The notes under the pieces are model-generated. The model was given only the letters and a program-made list of their open reading frames with translations. It was not told the DNA's origin and did not search any database. The position numbers and the translations under genes were made by a program. DNA of 43,045 bases from an uncultured virus (IMG/VR IMGVR_UViG_2049941000_000128) (lineage: Duplodnaviria > Heunggongvirae > Uroviricota > Caudoviricetes). Location: IMG/VR virus record IMGVR_UViG_2049941000_000128. One strand, given 5' to 3'. This document shows, piece after piece, positions 11,478 to 20,393 of the stretch. The first letter of the stretch is position 1; each line of letters starts with the position of its first letter.

Positions 11478-12254
11478 TTACATTCCGAAGATGCCGCCGA
11501 GAACCTTGCCTACGCCGCCGAGGATAGAGCCAGCGCCGCTGTTCTCCTGCATAGCCAAGTTCGTCTTGGCTTGGGTGAGGTCGGATTTTGTCTGCAAGTC
11601 AGCATTGTTCTGGCTGGCCATGTTCGAATAATAATCGCCCATCGCATTGAACAGCTGGTTGCGGTCGTTTCCGTACAAGTTAGTCACGCTGCCGAGGTTG
11701 CCGATGTAGTTCTGCTTGCTCTGCTGACCAGCTTGCCATTCAGCGAGCTGCTGCTGACGGTCTTGCATCATCTTGTCGTACGCCTTAGACCATTCTTCGG
11801 AAGCCAGAGCTTGCTGCTTGGCGGCCATATTGTTCATATAGTCGCTTGAGAACAAATTCGCACCGCCCATATTGCGCATCGACTGCATGGCGGCATCCGC
11901 TCTCTGGTTGGCGAACTTATCATAAAAGTTGTTGATATCTTGTTGATAAGTGAACTGGTCTGGGCCTTCGCCTATCGCCTGTTCATATCTGGCAAGCGCG
12001 TCGTTGTACTTCCCGGCATTTTCGCCGTACATCTGGTTCGCCTTGCCCATATAGTCGTTGTAAAGCGAACGGTTCTGGTTGCCAACCTGGTTCGCTTCCG
12101 CTAGCAAGTTGTCAAGCGAAGCCATGCCAGCTTGCACTTGCTTGCGGTTGGACAGACCGAGCTGTTCACCTAACTGGTCAAGGAAGCCATACCCTGCGTC
12201 CCCAAGACCGAATGGATTCGCAACAAACGAACCCGCAGATTCCATGAAAGCCAT
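11478..12254 (-). CDS. Putative DNA ejection/pilot protein
   Basis: Gln/Asn/Ala-rich helical protein with Gly-rich hydrophobic C-terminus (GSILGGVGKVLGGIFGM), typical of podovirus ejection proteins. Confidence 0.6.
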   Translation of the reverse strand: MAFMESAGSFVANPFGLGDAGYGFLDQLGEQLGLSNRKQVQAGMASLDNLLAEANQVGNQNRSLYNDYMGKANQMYGENAGKYNDALARYEQAIGEGPDQFTYQQDINNFYDKFANQRADAAMQSMRNMGGANLFSSDYMNNMAAKQQALASEEWSKAYDKMMQDRQQQLAEWQAGQQSKQNYIGNLGSVTNLYGNDRNQLFNAMGDYYSNMASQNNADLQTKSDLTQAKTNLAMQENSGAGSILGGVGKVLGGIFGM

Positions 12255-12256
12255 AA

Positions 12257-12568
12257 CTATTTATCTCCTTGGCCGTAAATGGTGATACGGACAAAGCTAC
12301 TCTGTCCGTCAATAACTATGCTGGTAGAACCGGGCTTGACCATCTGCTTGGTGTTGCCGCCGTCCCACACGATATCTGCGAAGGTCTGCTTCCATACCGT
12401 AAGCGGCAACAGCGCAGTGCCTTCCTCACAAACTTTTTCCATCACCGTGAACAACGGACACGAAACGATGTGCCATCCGTTCTTCTCGTATTCGACCCAG
12501 TCGCCGGACAGCACTTGGCGCACCATCTCAAGCGGCTGGTTAAGGTTGATAGATCCACCACGAAACAT
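12257..12568 (-). CDS. Hypothetical virion-module protein
   Basis: 103 aa, TGATG-coupled to the gp10-like gene. Confidence 0.6.
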   Translation of the reverse strand: MFRGGSINLNQPLEMVRQVLSGDWVEYEKNGWHIVSCPLFTVMEKVCEEGTALLPLTVWKQTFADIVWDGGNTKQMVKPGSTSIVIDGQSSFVRITIYGQGDK

Positions 12569-14163
12569 CAGATCATCGCTCCAGTCTTTGCAGCACGGAC
12601 ATCGCAGTCTGTGAGTACAAAGTCCATAGGTTCAGAGAACGTTATACGTATAACAGCAAGGCGCACCATTCCGAGCGCATGCCAGCGCACACGATGCGAA
12701 TACTCGCCAGTCATACCGAACGAAGCCGACCTCATATTTCCGAAAGTGTTTCCGCCGTCCTTCGACACTTCGAGCAAGACTTCCGGACGCTGTGCGTAGT
12801 CCGGACAATGGCCGACATTGCATTCGAGGGCAAGCTCTTCCATCACAAACGGCCTGTTGTCCGAAACGAACACAGGGCCTTGGCGGTGTCTGATAACCGG
12901 CATCTCGACCTCGTCCTTCCACTGCTCCGTCCATCCGGTGAAGCGGCAGAACAGACCGTCGTTGGTGAATGCATAGAACTTCTCGCGCCAGTAGGCGACG
13001 CCACCGACACGCCACTGCTTCTCAAGTCCAGTGTTGCGGTCACGGCTCGTGCGCTGATGCCATTCCTTCGTGGTCAAGTCGTACGTCCAAGTTTCTCCGA
13101 TAGTGTTTGCTTGTAGCGTAACGAACATGTGGTGCGAAGTACTGTATGGGAACATATAGGCGGTATCAGTGATTTCGCTCTCAAGCTTCTCGTCGAGCCA
13201 CTGGTCACTGATAACCTGGAAGTCTGTTCCAGTAACGCCCATAACGCACTTACCCCTCTGCTGGCCAGACGAAACAAAGAAAACGGTCGTACCTACTTGG
13301 CACAAACTATTCGGTGATTCAAGACCAAACGAACTAACGGCTGAGAAGTAAAGGTCAGACCAGGTGTTGTACTCGGAACCCTGATACGACTTGACCTCGA
13401 CCGACTTCGGGCCGAACACATACAAATACGAACCGACGCTAATCAGTCCGTTGACGCAGTCGCTCGAACCAGTCGACAGGAAGAACATCTGTGTGTGGTA
13501 GTTGTCGTAGAAGCACCAGTCGTAAGAATCAACGGTCATCTTCTTAACGGTGATCCCGTCCGGCTCATACTGGACTTGACCGTTGAGCAAGTCGAACACT
13601 TCCCTTGTCGGTGAAGACAAAGGATATCGAATAGAGTAATACACATAACCGCTTTCGGTATCGTTGATAACGACACATCCGTCGATAACGGCCACGTGAC
13701 TTGGCTTGACCATGTGTCCGTCGTTCTCGACGGCGACAGGCAACTGAACCTTGCGGTATTCTCCAGTGCTCAGATTGTATGCGTGTAGGTTGAAGCCGTC
13801 TGCACACAACATAATCGGAGTCGGGCCGCCAGTCTCCGCAAAGCAGACACGCTGGGAACCCGGAGCGATGTTGAACAACTTCTGCTTCTCGTTCTCCTTC
13901 AAGCGGTATACGACATTACCCATCGCGGCGAACATGTCTTCGGTACTGCGCTCGGAGTCGAGACCGCGTGTACTGACATAAGTGCCACGGCACTTTCCGT
14001 TTATCTGGAAAATTCGCTGCAGACCCGGAACGGATTCAAGGAAGCTAACGGAGCCGTTGTCCGAATGGAACATGTTGACAGAAAGCTCAGTACCTTGCAC
14101 CGCAGGGTACTTGGCCTTGTTGGTCGAGCCTACAAGCAAGTTAATAACTTTCGATGTCGCCAT
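12568..14163 (-). CDS. Tail hub / packaged DNA stabilisation protein, P22 gp10-like
   Basis: 531 aa beta-rich; LYVFGPKSVEV, TWTYDLTTKEWHQR, LEVSKDGGNTFG, GEYSHRVRWHALG motifs. Confidence 0.85.
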   Translation of the reverse strand: MATSKVINLLVGSTNKAKYPAVQGTELSVNMFHSDNGSVSFLESVPGLQRIFQINGKCRGTYVSTRGLDSERSTEDMFAAMGNVVYRLKENEKQKLFNIAPGSQRVCFAETGGPTPIMLCADGFNLHAYNLSTGEYRKVQLPVAVENDGHMVKPSHVAVIDGCVVINDTESGYVYYSIRYPLSSPTREVFDLLNGQVQYEPDGITVKKMTVDSYDWCFYDNYHTQMFFLSTGSSDCVNGLISVGSYLYVFGPKSVEVKSYQGSEYNTWSDLYFSAVSSFGLESPNSLCQVGTTVFFVSSGQQRGKCVMGVTGTDFQVISDQWLDEKLESEITDTAYMFPYSTSHHMFVTLQANTIGETWTYDLTTKEWHQRTSRDRNTGLEKQWRVGGVAYWREKFYAFTNDGLFCRFTGWTEQWKDEVEMPVIRHRQGPVFVSDNRPFVMEELALECNVGHCPDYAQRPEVLLEVSKDGGNTFGNMRSASFGMTGEYSHRVRWHALGMVRLAVIRITFSEPMDFVLTDCDVRAAKTGAMI

Positions 14164-14172
14164 GCTCTCTCC

Positions 14173-14931
14173 TTAGCCGATAGTCAGGTCGTTACCAGCA
14201 ATGCCGTCGTAATATGGCTTGTCATAACTTGACATCATTCTGGTTCCGTTTTCCATCATTCTGTTGTTCAAGGTGTTACGGTCGATCATCGCAAGTGCGG
14301 CGTTCTTCTCACGGCTGATTTCCGGCTGGTAGTCCGTTAGCTTGAACTGGATGCACATCATTTCTGCCAGCGAGTAAAGTATTGCGTCATGGTACAACGG
14401 AGATATAGGAATTGCGTCGGTCAGCTTTAGAGTCGGGATGCGTCGATTCATGAACACCTTTATAGCTGAAAAGCCAGCACCGTTGAGCGACAGCTTTCCG
14501 ACCAGACGGTTGTGCGGCGTGTGGTCGTGAGGGGTCGTTTCTGCAAACACCTGATAGCAGTAGTGTGTCGGCAGAGTCATCGAAGTGACTGCGGCCATGT
14601 CTTGCGGGTTCGTTCCGTACAGCTCAAGCCAGCGGATGCCCACTTTACGGCTAACGCCGACAATGGCTTCCGGTGGCTCCATGTCGATGACTACCTGACC
14701 TTCCGGTACAATCTCGCCGTCTTCCAGCTTCTTGAACTGAATCTCACCAGCGGCATTCGCTTCGACCGTTTCTAAACACGAGCTAAAATAGTTGTCATTG
14801 TTCAGCTTGGCGATTGTACGGTTCAAAAGGTTGAGGCAAGAGGCCGCGACGGTGCCGTCAACGGCTTCCCCTAGCCCAGTCATCGAGCACAGTTCGGCAG
14901 CTTCTTGTATAAGTGCGTTTACGCTAAGCAT
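14173..14931 (-). CDS. Head-tail adaptor, P22 gp4-like
   Basis: VNALIQEAAEL...GE......CLNLLN and IPISPLYHDAILYSLA motifs; lies between coat and hub genes. Confidence 0.75.
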   Translation of the reverse strand: MLSVNALIQEAAELCSMTGLGEAVDGTVAASCLNLLNRTIAKLNNDNYFSSCLETVEANAAGEIQFKKLEDGEIVPEGQVVIDMEPPEAIVGVSRKVGIRWLELYGTNPQDMAAVTSMTLPTHYCYQVFAETTPHDHTPHNRLVGKLSLNGAGFSAIKVFMNRRIPTLKLTDAIPISPLYHDAILYSLAEMMCIQFKLTDYQPEISREKNAALAMIDRNTLNNRMMENGTRMMSSYDKPYYDGIAGNDLTIG

Positions 14932-14953
14932 TTGACGCTCCTAGATAAAAAGT

Positions 14954-14961
14954 CTATATTT
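14954..14961 (+). promoter_or_regulatory. Candidate host-type -10 element CTATATTT for the HNH gene
   Basis: Same octamer occurs at 26938 and 28887 upstream of plus-strand units. Confidence 0.45.
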
Positions 14962-14966
14962 CCCAT

Positions 14967-14981
14967 CACCTATAACTATGC
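14967..14981 (-). promoter_or_regulatory. Candidate phage late promoter GCATAGTTATAGGTG
   Basis: Motif copy 35 nt upstream of the adaptor gene ATG (14931). Confidence 0.6.
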
Positions 14982-14990
14982 GAGGTAGGT

Positions 14991-15557
14991 ATGATTGCGA
15001 CAGTGTACAGCGCTTTAAGCGGCAAACTTGTTGGTAAACACCCAACTCTAGGGGTATTGGTTAGGGAAGATGGGATGGTTTTGAAGCCTAGAGGATGGTC
15101 AAAAGGATGTTCGTTGCGGAAAGACGGCAAATACAGATACGTGCTTATGGATGGGAAATGGAAAGGGGTACATAGACTCGTAGCCCAGACATTCTTACCA
15201 AACCCTGAAAACAAACCTACCGTAGACCACATAAACCGGGACACTACTGACAACCGTCTTTGCAATCTTCGGTGGGCAAACCACAGCGAGCAAAGAGACA
15301 ATTCCTCACAAGTACTTGATGCAATGGACTTAGGCGTACGGCATAAAGATGACCCGGCTGAATGGGCAAGACGGAATGCAAGACGGTTGCGGGATATCAA
15401 GCTACAAGACCCGGAATGGGTGGAAAAGGAGCGAACTCGTCTAAAAGAGTATGCTCGTTTGCGTAGACAAGACCCTGAATTTCTCAAAAAAGAAGCTGAA
15501 AAGCAACGGGAGCGTAGAGCAAGAAAGAAGGCCGAGCAAGAGGCCCGGTCTTCTTAA
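14991..15557 (+). CDS. Free-standing HNH endonuclease (homing type)
   Basis: VHRLVAQTFLPNPENKPTVDHINRDTTDNRLCNLRWA; GAGGT SD; antisense to flanking structural genes. Confidence 0.9.
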   Translation: MIATVYSALSGKLVGKHPTLGVLVREDGMVLKPRGWSKGCSLRKDGKYRYVLMDGKWKGVHRLVAQTFLPNPENKPTVDHINRDTTDNRLCNLRWANHSEQRDNSSQVLDAMDLGVRHKDDPAEWARRNARRLRDIKLQDPEWVEKERTRLKEYARLRRQDPEFLKKEAEKQRERRARKKAEQEARSS

Positions 15558-15584
15558 TTTGTATGTTACTTTACGTACAAGCTA

Positions 15585-16907
15585 TCACACTTCCACGTAT
15601 GTGACCACGTTGCGACGCGGTTCGAACACAGTGGCGATGTAGGACACATCGATACGGGTCATTTCAACACCGTTCTTGCCGTCACCGAAGCTCATAGCCT
15701 TGAGCACAACCGGGCCGTCGTTACCGACATTTTCCCTGCGGGAGCCAGGAAGGTCTTCATAGGTATAGGCATCGAAAGTCAAGGCATCATCTGTACGAAC
15801 CTGACCAACCCAGTAGGACTTGCCAGCGCCCATGCCGTCCACGAATGCGCAAGTCACAGTCGTAGTGCTGGAGCCAGAGTCGAACGTAGTCGGGTCAACC
15901 CAGACGTTCGGGGTGCCGAAGGATTCACCCTTGGCAGTCACGAAGATGTCTTCGGTGCCGAGAGCTTCAGCGAGCTTACCCTGGTTGGCCTTGGTGACTA
16001 CCACTTCGCCGTTCACCGTGGAAGTCAGAAGACCAGTGATCTTCTTGTGAACGATGAGCACGAGTTCCTGGTTGGTTTCAACACCTGATTCGTCGAGCAA
16101 GTAAACGCCCGGAACCTTGTATGCGGCACCCTCTTCGAGAGTCTTGCCAGCGCCACTTGCGGTCAATGCACCAGCGGTATAACCGATGATGTTGCCGTTG
16201 TCATCCACAACCTTGGTGAAGGTAATGGTCGGAGCCGTGTCAGCGTTAGCAGACAACGTAATCTTCGGCATGAGGGCCTGTTCAACGCAAGCTGCACCGG
16301 CGTACTGGCCGAGGTAGCGTTCACGGTAGATGTCCTTCTGGATGTCGTCCGGGATAAACTTGGCAAGGCCAGAGTTTGCCACCTTTCCGTAGATTGTCGG
16401 AGCTTGGAAGTCCACGAGGTCGCCAACGACAGAGAGTTCAGCGAGCTTGGTAGCAGCGTCGGAGAGCATTTCGAAGGACGGAGCGCTCACGCCGCCAACC
16501 TTCGGAGCAACTACAGCTTGCATGCCACGGAATACGTTGTGGTTGATGACATCAGCTTCAACATAACGAGCAAGCTTTTCAGCGCGCTTCTTGATGATTT
16601 CCTTTTCACGGTTGCCGATGTTGTGGAAGTTTTCCCAGAAGGTCGTTTCGACTGCGGAGTTCTTGTTCTGAACAAACGCATCGATCTGACGTTCATGGAC
16701 AGCATCCGGGTCGGCAACAATGCCGTCCGTCACAGTACCTGCGTCAGTGAGGTATTCGGAAACCTTAGCACCGAATTTCTTGCCTTTCAAATCCTGCTGC
16801 GGATAAGACTGCTTGGAAGCACGGACATAAGGCATGTTGTCAGCAACTGCGGTAGCAAGAATGTCAAGCTTATCGCGAGAAACAAAAGAATTAACTTCAG
16901 TAGCCAT
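15585..16907 (-). CDS. Major capsid protein, P22 coat-like
   Basis: 440 aa, strong AAGGAG SD; C-terminal MSFGDGKNGVEMTRIDVSY resembles P22-like coat C-termini; lies upstream of the adaptor and hub genes. Confidence 0.8.
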   Translation of the reverse strand: MATEVNSFVSRDKLDILATAVADNMPYVRASKQSYPQQDLKGKKFGAKVSEYLTDAGTVTDGIVADPDAVHERQIDAFVQNKNSAVETTFWENFHNIGNREKEIIKKRAEKLARYVEADVINHNVFRGMQAVVAPKVGGVSAPSFEMLSDAATKLAELSVVGDLVDFQAPTIYGKVANSGLAKFIPDDIQKDIYRERYLGQYAGAACVEQALMPKITLSANADTAPTITFTKVVDDNGNIIGYTAGALTASGAGKTLEEGAAYKVPGVYLLDESGVETNQELVLIVHKKITGLLTSTVNGEVVVTKANQGKLAEALGTEDIFVTAKGESFGTPNVWVDPTTFDSGSSTTTVTCAFVDGMGAGKSYWVGQVRTDDALTFDAYTYEDLPGSRRENVGNDGPVVLKAMSFGDGKNGVEMTRIDVSYIATVFEPRRNVVTYVEV

Positions 16908-17074
16908 ATAGATTCTCCTTTAAATAAAATAATGGCTGGGTTAAGTTGTTTGGATTGTGGGCAAAACTAACGGATTCGTCCGACCGCCCAGCCCAGACTG
17001 GAGAATACATGGGATTTAAATTTCGAGCTGCAAGGTAGCCGGAGAACCGAAATACGCGGCTTTTCTGCCCTGCT

Positions 17075-17089
17075 CATTAATAAGTATGC
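17075..17089 (-). promoter_or_regulatory. Variant late promoter motif GCATACTTATTAATG upstream of capsid gene
   Basis: Keeps GCATA, TTAT and terminal TG at the same spacing as the four consensus copies. Confidence 0.45.
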
Positions 17090-17203
17090 ACGAAAGCCGG
17101 AATGTAATCACCTTTTTTACAGAAAAGATGAATTGTACAGGCATTCGACTTGGAATTCCAAATAAAATGATCTAATTTATTACTTGTAACAAGGAGTATA
17201 ACT

Positions 17204-17689
17204 ATGGAACTCATATTATCAATCATTCTCGGATTCATCGTGGCCGGTCTAGGCTTCTGCATTGGCGTTGCTGCAGCAAGCAAATCGGAAATGAAGCTGG
17301 TCGAAGAAGTAAAGGCACAAGAGAACAACCTCAAATACGCACCTATGGTTATCGAATGCGAACTAGGTCAGCCGCTAACCGTAGAACAGATGGCTATAGA
17401 TGTAGTTTCGCCTAACCTCGTCAAAATCTGGCAACACTTTGACAAGGGTCTGGAAACGATGCCATCAGTGTCGAAGTATGCAGAAGAAATGCTAAAGTGG
17501 TACAATTCGGAATCAGAATACACCAAACTGGTCATTGTCGGCTATATGCTCGGCGGTATAGTCAGAATTGCTTGGACATGGCAGAAGGACACGAAATGGG
17601 TTGTAGATGCGGACGCTGTGGAAGGTCTTGAGAAGTATTACGAAGACGCGCTCGGCAATCCGATGATTCTCGGCAACCAAGAGGGTTAG
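17204..17689 (+). CDS. Hypothetical protein, N-terminal transmembrane helix
   Basis: AAGGAG SD; hydrophobic LILSIILGFIVAGLGFCIGV. Confidence 0.75.
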   Translation: MELILSIILGFIVAGLGFCIGVAAASKSEMKLVEEVKAQENNLKYAPMVIECELGQPLTVEQMAIDVVSPNLVKIWQHFDKGLETMPSVSKYAEEMLKWYNSESEYTKLVIVGYMLGGIVRIAWTWQKDTKWVVDADAVEGLEKYYEDALGNPMILGNQEG

Positions 17690-17691
17690 GT

Positions 17692-17931
17692 ATGGAAGAA
17701 GATCCGTTTGACATTTTTATTGACCATAGTAATGATATTTGGGAATCAATAACCCTTATCGAATCGATTCCCGGTCAACTGTCTGTCGCTAACAGAAAGC
17801 TTGACCCAAACAACTCTTTGGATGCAGCTATCCTTGAGTTTCTTTTCAAGTTTAACTTGAAGGTGGGTGGACTCAGCGACGAAGAGATTGCTGAAAAATG
17901 GAAGCAGAGTCCTTGGTACAGAAAGGGATAA
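17692..17931 (+). CDS. Hypothetical protein
   Basis: 79 aa, 2 nt after the previous stop, GAGG SD. Confidence 0.65.
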   Translation: MEEDPFDIFIDHSNDIWESITLIESIPGQLSVANRKLDPNNSLDAAILEFLFKFNLKVGGLSDEEIAEKWKQSPWYRKG

Positions 17932-17933
17932 GT

Positions 17934-18149
17934 ATGGGTGGAAGCAATAAATTTTCCTCCTTGACAGCTTGGCTGATTAAATGGGCTTGCTGGATTTACG
18001 CCGCATTTATGTCGCTGCTTGCTGTCGCTTTCGTGGTCAGTGGGTTCCGGACTAATGGCGAAGAATCATTTGCTTGGTTCGGTTTATCGGCAATAACTTG
18101 CATTCAGGGGTCTGCTGTAGGAATGCTACCCATAAGTAAGAAGGAGTAG
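17934..18149 (+). CDS. Small two-TM membrane protein
   Basis: Start MGGSNK 2 nt after the previous stop; two hydrophobic segments. Confidence 0.65.
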   Translation: MGGSNKFSSLTAWLIKWACWIYAAFMSLLAVAFVVSGFRTNGEESFAWFGLSAITCIQGSAVGMLPISKKE

Positions 18150-18151
18150 AT

Positions 18152-18298
18152 ATGGCACTAGGATTCATCATTGGTTTTGTTGTAGGCGCGGCTACGGTAG
18201 GTTACTTTATGGCTTGGCCGTTGGCAAAATTGCCTGAAGACGAACGCAACGACATCTTGCGTAAAATCCAGACCGCTGGCTTGCGTAAGAAGGAGTAG
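18152..18298 (+). CDS. 48-aa single-TM protein (absent from ORF track)
   Basis: MALGFIIGFVVGAATVGYFMAWPLAKLPEDERNDILRKIQTAGLRKKE; AAGGAG SD; fills the gap between neighbours exactly. Confidence 0.75.
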   Translation: MALGFIIGFVVGAATVGYFMAWPLAKLPEDERNDILRKIQTAGLRKKE

Positions 18299-18300
18299 GT

Positions 18301-18537
18301 ATGGCGAAATCGTTTACTTTTAATGCAGACGGCACTAAAACGGTTACCGAAGTCGACTTCCTTGCGGACATTGAAACGGTAGACAGTCCAGCGTCGCAGC
18401 AATTCTTGGCCGAAATCGGCAGAAAGTCCGCCACCAACTACATTGCAAGGCACGGCATCACACGGCCTCCAAAGGACGAAGCAGAGGCTTTACGCTGGGC
18501 GCAAGAGGCAACAGCCGAATACATCAAATCTATTTAA
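18301..18537 (+). CDS. Hypothetical protein
   Basis: 78 aa, AAGGAG SD. Confidence 0.7.
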   Translation: MAKSFTFNADGTKTVTEVDFLADIETVDSPASQQFLAEIGRKSATNYIARHGITRPPKDEAEALRWAQEATAEYIKSI

Positions 18538-18546
18538 GGGATAAGA

Positions 18547-18849
18547 ATGGCAGATATAACGATAACCGACAAGGAGCACGACCAAATTGCCTCAGTGGTA
18601 TGGGACGAGTGCCAGAAGATCTACGACCTCGACTACAAGGCCAACCACAATCTGCCAATGTTCGACCTTCCTTGGGAGATTTGCACGACATGCCGTAAAA
18701 GGCACCGATGCGTCGTCAGCATTGTCGACATGGCCGCCGAATGCTGCGAGTGTCGCTTCAAGCGTCGCATGACCGAAGAAGAGCAGAAGGTTATCGATAA
18801 TAAGCTGGCTTACCGTAAGGAGCAGCTGAAGGACTTTGCAGACATCTGA
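18547..18849 (+). CDS. Hypothetical Cys-rich protein, possible Zn binding
   Basis: CTTC..RHRC and CCEC motifs. Confidence 0.65.
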   Translation: MADITITDKEHDQIASVVWDECQKIYDLDYKANHNLPMFDLPWEICTTCRKRHRCVVSIVDMAAECCECRFKRRMTEEEQKVIDNKLAYRKEQLKDFADI

Positions 18850-18880
18850 CACTGTCATCAACGACATCATAAGCACATAA

Positions 18881-18912
18881 AAAAGAAGGCCGCCAAGTAG
18901 GCGGTCTTTTCT
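18881..18912. terminator. Bidirectional intrinsic terminator
   Basis: AAGGCCGCC-aagta-GGCGGTCTT stem flanked by A and T runs between convergent genes. Confidence 0.8.
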
Positions 18913-18913
18913 G

Positions 18914-19945
18914 TTACTTGTGTCCGTAAAGCAAGTTTCGTACGTAGTCGCGTCTTGCCTTCGGGTCGGCCATCGGGTTACCAGCGGTACCACCGCTGCC
19001 CTGCATACCCGGCTTACCCAGACGAGGAGTCGGTTTTGCAGCAACAGGTGACGGGGCATCCGCTTTCTTGCTACGGTCTGCGATGCACTGGCGTTCAACC
19101 TCCTTCAAGGTATAGAACTGCTCCATCGGAGAGATACCCTTGACAGGGAATACACGGCGGAAAGTGTCGGCATCGCTCATAATCTTCTGGAGCACGAGCG
19201 GGCCTTTCTCCGAGCCGAGCAAGTAGTCGCATGCCATCGGACAGGCTTCGAGCAAGTCACCGAGTCCCTTGCTGTTGGCGTACTGGACGCGCTTCAAAAA
19301 CTCCTTTCTTTCGTCGCCTTCGAAACATTCATCGATATTGGCCAGGAACCGAGTCTGACGCTGCTTGATGACAGCTTGTTCGGCTTCCTCAGCTTCACGC
19401 TTCTTGGCCGCTTCGGCAGCTTCGGCTGCTTCCTTTTCCGCCTTGGCTTTTTCACGAGCATCAAGGATTTCGTTGACATCCTTGTGGTTAAGATACTTGA
19501 TGTATTCTTCATCGTATTGGAAGTCGGCGCGGGTCTTCTCAGGTTCCTTCGACTGGGCGCGTTTCTTGAGTTCTTCCTCGACAGCCGCCTTTACGCGTTC
19601 ATCGAAACCAGCCTCCCATTCGGCCTTGAGCTTCACCTTTTCGTCCTCAAACTTCTTGGCCTGTTTTTCAAGACGCTTGCGGATGATAGAGTTGGTGTTG
19701 TCGATTTCGTCCATCACCTCATCCTTCGGCGTAGCTTCCGGTGCTGGGGTTTCCTCCGGCTTCGGTTCTTCCGCTGGCTTGGGTTCTTCAGCCGGAGCCG
19801 GTTCTGGTTCCGGAGTAGGCTCTTCGGAAGCCGGAATCTCTTCCGGCTTGCCCCCATCCTTCGGTTCTTCGTGACTCCATTCAGCTGGGGTCTGGTTGGA
19901 CGCATTCATTTCGTCCACGAGTTCATCAAATGTCTTTCTGGCCAT
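18914..19945 (-). CDS. Capsid scaffolding protein
   Basis: Pro/Glu-rich disordered N-terminus, long coiled coil, RADFQYDEEYIKYL motif, basic C-terminus. Confidence 0.75.
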   Translation of the reverse strand: MARKTFDELVDEMNASNQTPAEWSHEEPKDGGKPEEIPASEEPTPEPEPAPAEEPKPAEEPKPEETPAPEATPKDEVMDEIDNTNSIIRKRLEKQAKKFEDEKVKLKAEWEAGFDERVKAAVEEELKKRAQSKEPEKTRADFQYDEEYIKYLNHKDVNEILDAREKAKAEKEAAEAAEAAKKREAEEAEQAVIKQRQTRFLANIDECFEGDERKEFLKRVQYANSKGLGDLLEACPMACDYLLGSEKGPLVLQKIMSDADTFRRVFPVKGISPMEQFYTLKEVERQCIADRSKKADAPSPVAAKPTPRLGKPGMQGSGGTAGNPMADPKARRDYVRNLLYGHK

Positions 19946-20393
19946 CTTCAGGCTCCTTTTTAGAATTTAACTTAACTTGTTCATAAAGGTCGACTGTGCA
20001 AGTTCCGTCGATGTCGCACTCCACATCCTTCATGTTTCCTTCGATACTGGTAGCCAGCACCCTTCTGTGGTTTCTGGTATCCCTCATCATCCAGCGTACA
20101 CGGTTCTGGGCACTCTTCATCAGGCAATTGACGAAGCGTTTCGGCTCCGTGGTGTCTGCCTTCCGGGAGGTCTCGATAACATACATCAAGGCATCGCTTT
20201 CCAGTTCAACCGGGGCGTCGCCAAGGTATGTGCCGTTGCGTAACATACAAGTTATCGCATACTTGGTCACCGACATCAACAGCTCACCAAGCTCGTTGTC
20301 AGACCGTGTGTCAAGGTCGTCATTTCGGCGAAGTCTTTCCAGTGAAGCGAAAAGCTCCGCATCTTCATAGGGGTTTCGTGAAGCGTGGAGCAT
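19926..20393 (-). CDS. Putative T4 gp55-like (sigma domain 2 only) transcription factor
   Basis: DAELF...DNELGELLM.V....I.....GTY....ELESDALMYVIE...KADTT.PKRFVNCL...AQN follows my recollection of the gp55 pattern; 155 aa. Confidence 0.5.
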   Translation of the reverse strand: MLHASRNPYEDAELFASLERLRRNDDLDTRSDNELGELLMSVTKYAITCMLRNGTYLGDAPVELESDALMYVIETSRKADTTEPKRFVNCLMKSAQNRVRWMMRDTRNHRRVLATSIEGNMKDVECDIDGTCTVDLYEQVKLNSKKEPEDGQKDI

